Source of the DNA: Mycobacterium phage Auspice
Sequence record: OR253916.1
Direction: 5' to 3' (one strand)
Length of the DNA stretch: 24,000 nt
Under the pieces are notes generated by a model that worked only from the letters and a program-made list of their open reading frames with translations, was not told the DNA's origin and made no database searches. Positions within the stretch are counted from its first letter, which is position 1. Each line of letters opens with the position of its first letter. The translations under genes and the position numbers were made by a program. This document shows, in pieces, positions 8,356-15,038 of the stretch.

Positions 8356-9156
8356 ATGAGCGCCAAGATTCTGGTACTCGACATCGAGCGACAGAGTGCG
8401 CTTGTCGACGGCGTGTGGGAAGGCAAGCAGTACAGCACCTGGGTTGATCCGTCACGCGTGATCGAACCAGCCCGCACCATCTGCTTCGCCTACCGGTGGC
8501 TGCACGAGGACAAGACCAAGTTCGTCGCCGAATGGGACGGCGGTCTGCCGCAGGACAACACGGCCCACACACCGGGCGGTGGCCACAAGCGGATGGTCGA
8601 GAAGGCCCGCGAACTCTTCGATGAGGCCGACTACATCGTCGGCTTCAACTCGAAGAACTTCGACGTGAAGTACCTGCGCGCCGACATGTGGCTCTACGAC
8701 CTCGCCCAGCCCGCGCCTCACGTCGACATCGACCTGATGCAGCAGGCCACCAAGAACTTCAAGCTCTACGCCAAGTCCATGAAGTACCTCGCCAAGGCGA
8801 AGGCCATGGAAGGCAAGGAGCAGACCGAACTGGGCCTGTGGCGCAAGCTGCGGTTCGCAGACGGCGACGTTCTGCGTCGGGCCCAGCGGGCAATGAAGAA
8901 GTACAACATTCGCGACGTGGACCAGACGCTGGAGCTGTTCTACGACATGCGGGGATGGCTGTCGGGCATGAACCTCGCCCTCTACGAGGACGACATCGGC
9001 CCGTTCTGCCCGAACTGCGCAAGCGCCAACCTGCAGTACCGGGGTTGGGCCGGTAACCGGACCTACAAGTACCGCCGCTTCCAGTGCACCGACTGCGGCA
9101 AGTGGGGCCGGGACGCCAAGTCGTTCGCGTCCGTCCAATCCATCGGCATTCCATAG
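8356..9156 (+). CDS. DnaQ-like 3'-5' exonuclease/RNase H-fold protein with C-terminal zinc ribbon
   Basis: ILVLDIERQ…TICFAYRW…DYIVGFNSKNFDVKYL (ExoI/ExoII motifs) plus CPNCASANLQYRGWAGNRTYKYRRFQCTDCGKWG. Confidence 0.8.
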   Translation: MSAKILVLDIERQSALVDGVWEGKQYSTWVDPSRVIEPARTICFAYRWLHEDKTKFVAEWDGGLPQDNTAHTPGGGHKRMVEKARELFDEADYIVGFNSKNFDVKYLRADMWLYDLAQPAPHVDIDLMQQATKNFKLYAKSMKYLAKAKAMEGKEQTELGLWRKLRFADGDVLRRAQRAMKKYNIRDVDQTLELFYDMRGWLSGMNLALYEDDIGPFCPNCASANLQYRGWAGNRTYKYRRFQCTDCGKWGRDAKSFASVQSIGIP

Positions 9157-9164
9157 GAGAACCA

Positions 9165-9425
9165 ATGTCCCTGAACACCAGCGTCTTTGACGACGTACAC
9201 ATCAGCCTCGCCCAAGGCGAGCAGGTAGGCACGCTGGACTGGACGTTCCGCAACGTCCCCGCGAACCTGAACCCGCAGTTCTTCGAGTTCATCGGCAGCG
9301 ATGACGGTGCGAAGATCCTCGCCAACGTCGCGGCCCTCTTCCTGTTCGAGCAGGGCGTCCTCAGCGCCGACGACTACATGGCAGTGGTCCAGGACGTTCC
9401 GGCGCGAGACATGGAGACCGAGTGA
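9165..9425 (+). CDS. hypothetical protein
   Basis: MSLNTSVFDDVHISLAQGEQVGTLDWTF…, 86 aa. Confidence 0.65.
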   Translation: MSLNTSVFDDVHISLAQGEQVGTLDWTFRNVPANLNPQFFEFIGSDDGAKILANVAALFLFEQGVLSADDYMAVVQDVPARDMETE

Positions 9426-9637
9426 GCCTTCGCGCCGAGGACATCCCGCTGATCAAGATACTTGAGGACGCGCTGGTGGCCGAACTGGACCGCCAGCACC
9501 TCAACGGCGAGATCGAGCCGGATTCCACAGGCTCCGAACACTTCGACGCTGTCGACGGCGAACTCGCGGGCCGACCGGACTGGTTCAAGGTCGCACGTGC
9601 TGTCGCAGAGGCCCTTTGGGCCGAGGAGGGACGGTAG
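9422..9637 (+). CDS. hypothetical protein
   Basis: 71-aa ORF in operon-like overlap. Confidence 0.6.
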   Translation: MSLRAEDIPLIKILEDALVAELDRQHLNGEIEPDSTGSEHFDAVDGELAGRPDWFKVARAVAEALWAEEGR

Positions 9638-9705
9638 TGGCTATCGTCGCCACCGGCATCCTCATCTTCTTCTTCTTCCTCGCAATCATCATTCAGGAGT
9701 GGTAG
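9637..9705 (+). CDS. 22-aa predicted membrane peptide VAIVATGILIFFFFLAIIIQEW
   Basis: GTG preceded by GAGGAGGGA; stop overlaps the next GTG; strongly hydrophobic. Confidence 0.55.
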   Translation: MAIVATGILIFFFFLAIIIQEW

Positions 9706-10247
9706 TGGACACCATCTGGAAGCCCATCCCGCAGGATCCCACCGGGTTATACCTCGCCAGCCAAGACGGACAGATCCTCCGCAAGGAGTACGTCATCGAG
9801 AAGCTGCAGAGCCACGGTCACCTGTACCGGCGCGTCATGCCCGAGAAGATCGTCAAGCAGTGCATCAAGGATCGGGCCCCGTCGCACGGCGTGCACCCGA
9901 TCATCCAGATGCGTAGCAGCACCCAGTACGCCAGCACCGTTGAGCGCCGCGTCTCCAGCCTGATCGCCGCCGCATGGCACGGGCTGCCGTACGAGGCGGG
10001 AGACCGCACCGCGCAGAACGATTGGCGCATCGGCTTCATCGACGGAGACCCGTCGAACGTCCACGCCGACAACCTCGAGTGGGTGTCCAACCAAGGCGTC
10101 AACACCCACCACTCCCACGACTTCTACTACGAAAACCTGAAGGCGTACCGCGCCCAGGCCGCAGTTGAGACCGCCGAGTCCTTCCTGGCCCGCTACTACT
10201 CGCCGGATGAGATCGACTGGTCCACCGCAGAAAGGATCGCCGCGTGA
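9705..10247 (+). CDS. HNH/NUMOD-type homing-endonuclease-like protein
   Basis: IWKPIPQDPTGLYLASQDGQILRKEYV…(NUMOD-like)…WRIGFIDGDPSNVHADNLEWVSNQGVNTHH (HNH-like NxxxxNLEWV). Confidence 0.75.
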   Translation: MDTIWKPIPQDPTGLYLASQDGQILRKEYVIEKLQSHGHLYRRVMPEKIVKQCIKDRAPSHGVHPIIQMRSSTQYASTVERRVSSLIAAAWHGLPYEAGDRTAQNDWRIGFIDGDPSNVHADNLEWVSNQGVNTHHSHDFYYENLKAYRAQAAVETAESFLARYYSPDEIDWSTAERIAA

Positions 10248-10750
10248 CCGATCTCGGCATCGACCCCACCGCCTTCGACTTCGACACCGACCCGCTGCAG
10301 TCGCGGTTCCACGGCTGGACCGCTCACGGCGGCATCGAGTTCGACGTGCCGTTCATCTCGGAGGTGGCCGACAACCTGTACCAGGGTGGCTGCCGACGCG
10401 GCCTGGTGCTGCCGACGTTCATCAAGCACCTCGTGTCGCTGTACCCGTGGGAGAAGTACACGGTCGAGCATGAGCTGCTGTCGGAGAAGTCGATCAAGAT
10501 GTACGACTCGGTGGACCAGAGCCTCGACCAGGTGGACGAGATCGCCGAGTGGGTCAACGAGTGCCGCAAGACGGGGCCCGTGCTGGTGCACTGCCAGGCC
10601 GGGTTGAACCGTTCGGCGCTGATCGCGGCCCGCGCCATCTGGCTGGACACCCGCCAGAGCGGCTTTTCGATCATGAACCACCTGCGCCGCACCCGTTCGG
10701 ACGCGGTGCTGTGCAACCCGGCGTTCGCCCGCGAGGTCGCTAGCTGGTGA
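10244..10750 (+). CDS. dual-specificity / Cys-based protein phosphatase
   Basis: P-loop active-site signature VHCQAGLNRSA (HCx5R) and FISEVADNLYQGG. Confidence 0.82.
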   Translation: MTDLGIDPTAFDFDTDPLQSRFHGWTAHGGIEFDVPFISEVADNLYQGGCRRGLVLPTFIKHLVSLYPWEKYTVEHELLSEKSIKMYDSVDQSLDQVDEIAEWVNECRKTGPVLVHCQAGLNRSALIAARAIWLDTRQSGFSIMNHLRRTRSDAVLCNPAFAREVASW

Positions 10751-10983
10751 GCGACGTTGATGTGATGGCCGCGCTGATCGAGCAGCATGCGAGGGCCAAC
10801 GACCCGGTGGCCCGCCACATGAGCTACCGGGTCACCGCATCGAGTGCCCGTAAGGCCGCAGAAGCCCTCCACGCCGCAGGATTCCGCCAGGGGGCAGGGA
10901 CGGTCGACCGAGAGCAGAACGACCGGCTGAAGGCCATTGAGAGCCGTTTGGACCGCATCGAGGGATACATGGTGATCACGTGA
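10747..10983 (+). CDS. hypothetical protein
   Basis: 78-aa ORF, overlapping junctions. Confidence 0.6.
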   Translation: MSDVDVMAALIEQHARANDPVARHMSYRVTASSARKAAEALHAAGFRQGAGTVDREQNDRLKAIESRLDRIEGYMVIT

Positions 10984-11288
10984 GCGACCATCTGTTGATC
11001 TATGGCGCATCCGATGACCTGGTCGAGTTCGAGGGCCGGTTCAACGAGGAGTTCAACGCGTACGGGCGTGCCAAGTTCATGGTTCGGATCGTGGACGGCG
11101 ACAAGCGTTCCGTGTTTCTGGTGACCGCCGAGTTCGGCAACGGCTGGGAGCTGTTCGTTGGATCCAACACCGACTCTGTCGAGTTCCCCGTCGAGTTCAC
11201 GTTCACGCAGCGCCCCGACTATGAGGGCGATCCGGCGATCCTGTTCACGCTGCGGCCAACTGACGACCTACATGTGGAGAAGCTATGA
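10980..11288 (+). CDS. hypothetical protein
   Basis: 102-aa ORF, overlapping junctions. Confidence 0.65.
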   Translation: MSDHLLIYGASDDLVEFEGRFNEEFNAYGRAKFMVRIVDGDKRSVFLVTAEFGNGWELFVGSNTDSVEFPVEFTFTQRPDYEGDPAILFTLRPTDDLHVEKL

Positions 11289-11530
11289 GCCTGATTATGC
11301 CGATCATGATCAACAACACCACCATCGGCGCGTTGACCATCCACCGCACCCAGAGGCTCCGCAACAACCGCAAGGACGACGTTCACACCTACGAGTGGGA
11401 ACTGTTCATGAAGGGCGGCAAGACCCTTCGCGGCGAGCGGGACGCAGAAAGCTACGCGGGCACAGTGGAGCACTCCTACAGCGCAGGTGCTGTGGAACTC
11501 ATCAAGAAGGTCATGGCCCAGATCCCATGA
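11285..11530 (+). CDS. hypothetical protein
   Basis: 81-aa ORF. Confidence 0.6.
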   Translation: MSLIMPIMINNTTIGALTIHRTQRLRNNRKDDVHTYEWELFMKGGKTLRGERDAESYAGTVEHSYSAGAVELIKKVMAQIP

Positions 11531-11664
11531 CCGACATCCAGATCCGGTACGAGATTCCCGACAACGCGCCCGACTGGCTGTTTCAGTGCATCGCTGACGG
11601 CGACTGGAACGGCATCCTCGAATACACCTGCGGGCGTTCACCGTCCAACATCGAGGTGGTATGA
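11527..11664 (+). CDS. hypothetical small protein (MTDIQIRYEIPDNAPDWLFQCIADGDWNG…)
   Basis: ATG at 11527 overlapping the previous stop; 45 aa. Confidence 0.55.
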   Translation: MTDIQIRYEIPDNAPDWLFQCIADGDWNGILEYTCGRSPSNIEVV

Positions 11665-11822
11665 CCCAGCCGTCAACACAAGCGCAGCGGGATGCCTATC
11701 TCGCTGGAATGTGTAAGTGGTGCATGGAGAAACGGCACCGCGCGGGCAGTCCAGAATGTGATGACTGCTGGAAGTTGAGAGGAACCGGCGCGACCATGCG
11801 CCCCGCACGAGAGGTGTTCTGA
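11661..11822 (+). CDS. small zinc-ribbon-like protein, 53 aa
   Basis: CKWCMEKRHRAGSPECDDCWKLRG: two CxxC pairs; overlaps both neighbours by 4/1 nt. Confidence 0.55.
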   Translation: MTQPSTQAQRDAYLAGMCKWCMEKRHRAGSPECDDCWKLRGTGATMRPAREVF

Positions 11823-12013
11823 TGGCCACCAAGAAGCAACGAGCACGGCAGAAGTACCGCGACCGCTACGGCCGCGACCCGCAGAGCGACGCCCAGCTCG
11901 CCACGTTCATGGCGACGCTGCCGACATCGGCCTTCATCGGCTGTTCGGACTTCAGCAGCTCCAGCAGCTTCGACTCGGGCAGCTCGTTCGACGGCGGAAG
12001 CTCCAGCTTCTGA
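11822..12013 (+). CDS. hypothetical Ser/Gly-rich tail small protein
   Basis: 63-aa ORF ending CSDFSSSSSFDSGSSFDGGSSSF. Confidence 0.5.
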   Translation: MATKKQRARQKYRDRYGRDPQSDAQLATFMATLPTSAFIGCSDFSSSSSFDSGSSFDGGSSSF

Positions 12014-12040
12014 GCCGCCTACTCCAGGTGAGGAACCCAA

Positions 12041-12367
12041 TTGCCCACGAACTCAAAGAACGGCCCACGCTCTCGCGGCCGAACGGGCGGCAAGTTTGAA
12101 CGGGCGAAGTGGCGCGTTCTCAAGGCAAACCAGATCTGCGCCCACCCAGACTGCCGTCAACTCATCGACCTGGACCTCAAGTGGCCGGATCCGATGAGCC
12201 CCACCGTGAACCACATCATCCCCGTCAAGGACTTGGCCTGGGATGACCCTCTGACGTACTCGGTGGAGAACCTCGAGCCCATGCACCTGGTGTGCAACCA
12301 GCGTCTCGGCGCTGGGCCCCGCAAGAAAAAGCCGAAGCATCCGCAGTCGCGGAACTGGCGCGAATGA
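12041..12367 (+). CDS. HNH endonuclease
   Basis: WRVLKANQICAHPDCRQ…TVNHIIPVKDLAWDDPLTYSVENLEPMHLVCNQRLGA. Confidence 0.85.
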   Translation: MPTNSKNGPRSRGRTGGKFERAKWRVLKANQICAHPDCRQLIDLDLKWPDPMSPTVNHIIPVKDLAWDDPLTYSVENLEPMHLVCNQRLGAGPRKKKPKHPQSRNWRE

Positions 12368-12455
12368 CCTCGTCAGCAAACTCGTGCTAAACTGGAAGCA
12401 GATGGCAGCGCCCCTTCGGGTAGCGCGCAGCAAATTTCGATCCTAAGGACTTCAC

Positions 12456-12665
12456 ATGGCTTCTCCTCAGAACCCTTTCGTGCCGCTCGACCCAGCGGAC
12501 TACAACCTGTCCGGCTCGCAGGCGGCCGAGGATGCCCTGGCGGGGATCATGAAGCCGCTCGTCGGCGCTGGCCCGCATGACGACCTGACGGTGGAAGAGC
12601 TGAATCAGCGATTCGACGGCACCGGCTCGCCGCGTCCACATACGTTCCCGACTCCGCAGAACTGA
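12456..12665 (+). CDS. hypothetical protein
   Basis: 69-aa ORF followed by a strong terminator. Confidence 0.55.
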   Translation: MASPQNPFVPLDPADYNLSGSQAAEDALAGIMKPLVGAGPHDDLTVEELNQRFDGTGSPRPHTFPTPQN

Positions 12666-12690
12666 GGTTCTGAGGTGTAGGCCCTCGAAG

Positions 12691-12730
12691 AGGCCCCCGG
12701 TCAGCGTATGTGCTGGTCGGGGGCCTTTTT
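12691..12730 (+). terminator. rho-independent terminator
   Basis: AGGCCCCCGgtCAGC gtatgt GCTGgtCGGGGGCCTTTTT. Confidence 0.88.
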
Positions 12731-12736
12731 GGTTCT

Positions 12737-12749
12737 TCCTGTAATCACC
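12737..12749 (+). promoter_or_regulatory. CTGTAATC motif, copy 3, at the head of the RNA island
   Basis: TCCTGTAATCACC immediately after the terminator; TAATCT follows about 13 nt downstream. Confidence 0.55.
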
Positions 12750-12890
12750 TCCGCGCGGCCTCTAATCTATTTCATGTCCGGTTCAAGAGGGACCGGATAA
12801 GCGATACACCGGAGGGGCCAAGTACCCACACCTTTCAAGCCTGGTTCCTCCACTGGGGCTCAACAGAGTTGAGGCTGAAGAGTCCCACCT

Positions 12891-12961
12891 ATGGGCGTAG
12901 CTGACTGGGAAGCAACGGTCTCCAAAGCCGTGATATGCAGGTTCGAATCCTGCCGCCCGTG
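12891..12961 (+). tRNA. tRNA-Trp(CCA)
   Basis: ATGGGCG/CGCCCGT acceptor, loop CTCCAAA, T-arm GCAGG-TTCGAAT-CCTGC. Confidence 0.92.
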
Positions 12962-12973
12962 CAAGGTTCGATG

Positions 12974-13019
12974 TTCGGTCATTACCGAACGCCGAGCATG
13001 TTGGTTGAGAACTCAATAG
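12974..13019 (+). promoter_or_regulatory. rrn-leader-like antitermination element (hairpin + AGAACTCAATAG)
   Basis: TTCGGT-catt-ACCGAA hairpin then TTGAGAACTCAATAG at 13005-13019. Confidence 0.55.
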
Positions 13020-13042
13020 TGGAAGTACAAGTAAGTTTCAAT

Positions 13043-13445
13043 GGGGCTGTACTGGTTTCGATTGCGAACCGAGTCCATGGAAGCGTGCCGGGAAGATACG
13101 CCCGTAACAGTTCAACCCTTATAAGCGCCGCATTTGTTGACGCTGATTACGCCGTAGCTGCGTGATCCGGTGGGGCACAACGGTTCACCCGTTCCCGTGT
13201 GCAATCCCGCCGTCGCCAAAACGGGGAACCTGCATACCGACTCAGCATGCAGTGAGCCAGCAATGGTCATAATGCAGATGTCCTCCCGCCGTGAGGAGCG
13301 TAGATCGGCTTTGTACCCACACGGTGACCCTTCGAGGGTTAAGCCCTGTGAGCCAATGGGATACGAGATGAGTTACAGGCTACGCACGTAGAAGAATGAG
13401 TACAGAGAACGTAAGACGCGGGTTCGATTCCCGCCAGCTCCACCA
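13043..13445 (+). ncRNA. ssrA: tmRNA
   Basis: 5' GGGGCTGTACTGGTTTCGAT; 3' GCGGG-TTCGATT-CCCGC-CAGCTCC-A-CCA with encoded CCA. Tag frame GCC GCA TTT GTT GAC GCT GAT TAC GCC GTA GCT GCG TGA (AAFVDADYAVAA*) at 13127-13165. Confidence 0.95.
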
Positions 13446-13446
13446 A

Positions 13447-13480
13447 GGCCTTGGTCTGGGTTCGAATCCCAGTGTGATTG
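13447..13480 (+). tRNA. orphan tRNA 3' half (anticodon-stem 3' strand, T-arm, acceptor 3' strand)
   Basis: GGCCT TGGT CTGGG-TTCGAAT-CCCAG TGTGATT G; no matching 5' half upstream. Confidence 0.5.
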
Positions 13481-13537
13481 AAGTGGATTCACGGATGTGC
13501 ACCCGTGTCTACGCTCCGGTGGGTAGCTCCCAGCCGC

Positions 13538-13576
13538 GTTCACATGGTGTAAATGGCAAGCACAGGGCCTGTAAAC
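13538..13576 (+). tRNA. orphan tRNA 5' half
   Basis: GTTCACA TG GTG-TAAATGGCAAG-CAC A GGGCC TG…; typical D-arm, no matching 3' half found downstream. Confidence 0.45.
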
Positions 13577-13578
13577 CG

Positions 13579-13734
13579 GTTTCCCATCTCCGACCAAAGG
13601 ATGGGTGGTGGAAACGAACTGGGTCTTAGGCAACCCCGTTCAGTCCTCGGCGTCCCAGTCCGTCGTCACCCAGACTGGGTAAGCCTAAGTGCCTGCCACA
13701 GAGCTAACCCGTGAGGTCGGGAGAATCTGGGCAC
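13579..13734 (+). ncRNA. candidate structured RNA with pseudoknot (RNA-1)
   Basis: CCCATC/GATGGG hairpin; GAAC-T-GGGT/ACCC-C-GTTC stem whose loop CTTAGGC (13625-13631) is perfectly complementary to GCCTAAG (13683-13689); CCCAGTC/GACTGGG; GTGCC/GGCAC; CCCG/CGGG. Confidence 0.5.
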
Positions 13735-13810
13735 GCTTGACAGCGGAGCGGGAGACTGCGAAAGGTGTCCGTCCTAGCCCTGGTATCGACGTTAAATATC
13801 CAGGGACTCT

Positions 13811-13881
13811 TGGCCTGTCGGTTAACGGCAAACCAGCGCCCTGTTAAGGCGTGACTCCTGGTTCGAATCCAGGTAGGCCAG
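13811..13881 (+). tRNA. tRNA-Asn(GTT)
   Basis: TGGCCTG/TAGGCCA acceptor, GCGCC-CTGTTAA-GGCGT, CCTGG-TTCGAAT-CCAGG. Confidence 0.92.
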
Positions 13882-14207
13882 CATTTGGGGCATGGCCCAT
13901 AAGCTGAGGTGACTCAGTGAAAGGTGAGGGTGACTCCTCGCCGCCCGCAAGGGTTCCCCATGCAATCCAAACCTTGAGCAGTCCCCTGTGGGGCTGCCAG
14001 GATGCGAGTTCATCGTGTGACCAACGCCAAGTGGTGAGGTCGGGTTCGGTACCGTGCCGAAGAGCCAGCGAGTAACGGATGAGCAGCCTGTGGGGCGGAA
14101 GGAACTTGAGTCGGAGGCCTGGCAGCCAACGGCGGGTTCCATGACCGATCTCGCGTGGACGACGGTTCACAATGCGGTTGAGGGAGAGAGTGAGTAGCCC
14201 GCCAGGC
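13881..14207 (+). ncRNA. candidate structured RNA (RNA-2)
   Basis: CTGAG-GTGA-CTCAG, GGTGAGG-gtgact-CCTCGCC, CCC-GCAA-GGG hairpins within GCAT..GGGG/CCCC-ATGC; 10-bp perfect helix GGCTGCCAGG (13992-14001)/CCTGGCAGCC (14118-14127); alternative GCCTGGC/GCCAGGC (14117-14123/14201-14207). Confidence 0.5.
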
Positions 14208-14327
14208 AAAAGCTCGAGAGGCGTGAAGCATTCTGTAGCTCAAAAGGTTACGGAACTTCATGGGGAAGCACGTCTCTAGTCACAACTACCACGCTATTGG
14301 TTAGCAAACTGTCCTGAACACAGTTGT

Positions 14328-14351
14328 AGAGGTTCGACTCCTCACAAAGCA
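14328..14351 (+). tRNA. orphan or degenerate tRNA T-arm region
   Basis: AGAGG-TTCGACT-CCTCA with B-box consensus; no convincing acceptor partner upstream. Confidence 0.3.
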
Positions 14352-14361
14352 AAAGCCTTTC

Positions 14362-14440
14362 CCTGCCGGTAAGCGAAAGCGCCACTAATCCCCGACTGGG
14401 AGCAGAATCGGGGCAGGACGAGCCCGCAAGGCGGATCCTG
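14362..14440 (+). ncRNA. candidate structured RNA (RNA-3)
   Basis: CCTG(CC)…GC-GAAA-GC hairpin, CCCCGA/TCGGGG stem with inner CTG-GGAG-CAG, closing CAGG, then CAGGA…GCCcgcaaGGC…TCCTG. Confidence 0.4.
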
Positions 14441-14639
14441 TTTGTAGACGAGTAGTGCAGCCATGGGACGGCCATCCTAACGGCGAAGCCAAAGTCGCAG
14501 AGTAGCTTTCGGCATTACGAGTGGTCAGCGTTACTGACCGGGCGTTGCACGTACACAGGGGACTGTGTGGACAAGCCGGGAATCCATAATCCGGCGAAAG
14601 CGTGTGAAGGAAGGTTTAGTCTCTAGCCCTTTCAACAAT

Positions 14640-14712
14640 CGGAATGTGCGTCTAACGGCAAGACGAGCTGGCCACGGGCAAGCTGATACAGGTTCGAATC
14701 CTGGCTTTCCGG
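14640..14712 (+). tRNA. tRNA-like, anticodon position reads ACG (Arg?)
   Basis: CGGAATG/CTTTCCG (one T-T), CGTC/GACG D-stem, GCTGG/CAAGC (one mismatch), loop CCACGGG lacking U33, T-loop TTCGAAT. Confidence 0.6.
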
Positions 14713-14717
14713 CTCAA

Positions 14718-14794
14718 CCCGTCGCGGATTGGCGACCAACCCTGACTGTAAATCAGGCGCTTCGGCTCTGCAGGTTCAACTCCTGACGGCGGGA
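14718..14794 (+). tRNA. tRNA-Tyr(GTA)
   Basis: CCCGTCG/CGGCGGG, CCTGA-CTGTAAA-TCAGG, long variable region, A73. Confidence 0.88.
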
Positions 14795-14798
14795 CGTA

Positions 14799-14870
14799 TG
14801 GACTGACGAGGCATTGCGCTCACGGGCTTGCGGCCGTGAGATAGAGCCTTCGCCCGCAAGGCCAGTCCAA
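14799..14870 (+). tRNA. non-canonical cloverleaf, tRNA-like
   Basis: TGGACTG/CAGTCCA 7-bp acceptor, adjacent 5-bp T-stem GCCTT-CGCCCGC-AAGGC, D-arm and ACGG/CCGT stem with an enlarged loop containing TTGC. Confidence 0.4.
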
Positions 14871-14962
14871 TGGGTGGCGATTAGAGGGAGGGCCTCGTGC
14901 CCGAATCGAAAGTGCCCATCGGCTAGTGGAGAGGTGAGCCGACTGAATTGCCTTTCCATCAT

Positions 14963-15034
14963 TGCTCTCTCGTCTAACTGGCAGGACACCAGAATCTGAC
15001 TCTGGCAGTTGAGGTTCGAATCCTTGGGGAGCAA
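14963..15034 (+). tRNA. tRNA-Gln(CTG)
   Basis: TGCTCTC/GGGAGCA, CCAGA-ATCTGAC-TCTGG, TGAGG-TTCGAAT-CCTTG. Confidence 0.9.
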
Positions 15035-15038
15035 CAAT

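Noticed and set aside
12710-12904. ORFs overlapping the tRNA/tmRNA island (e.g. 12710-12904, 13396-13629, 13844-14209, 14753-15238, 15558-16094)
   Set aside because: They overlap confidently folded tRNAs, terminators or the tmRNA, have no RBS/operon context and unconvincing composition.
13308-13314. GCTTTGT complementary to the orphan 3' half ACAAAGC at 14344
   Set aside because: It lies inside the tmRNA body about 1 kb away; a 7-mer match at that distance is not significant.
13616-13689. Resemblance of the loop TTAGG / CCTAAG pseudoknot to a pistol ribozyme
   Set aside because: The linker contains an extra 7-bp hairpin and the conserved pistol downstream stem and cleavage context are missing; HDV-like topology also fails because the P3-like hairpin is absent.
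13446-13810. Interpretation as a group I intron interrupting a tRNA (a 5' half followed by structured RNA)
   Set aside because: I could not find convincing P3/P7 core sequences, an internal guide pairing with the 5' half, or a downstream 3' half; the only matching 3' half lies upstream.
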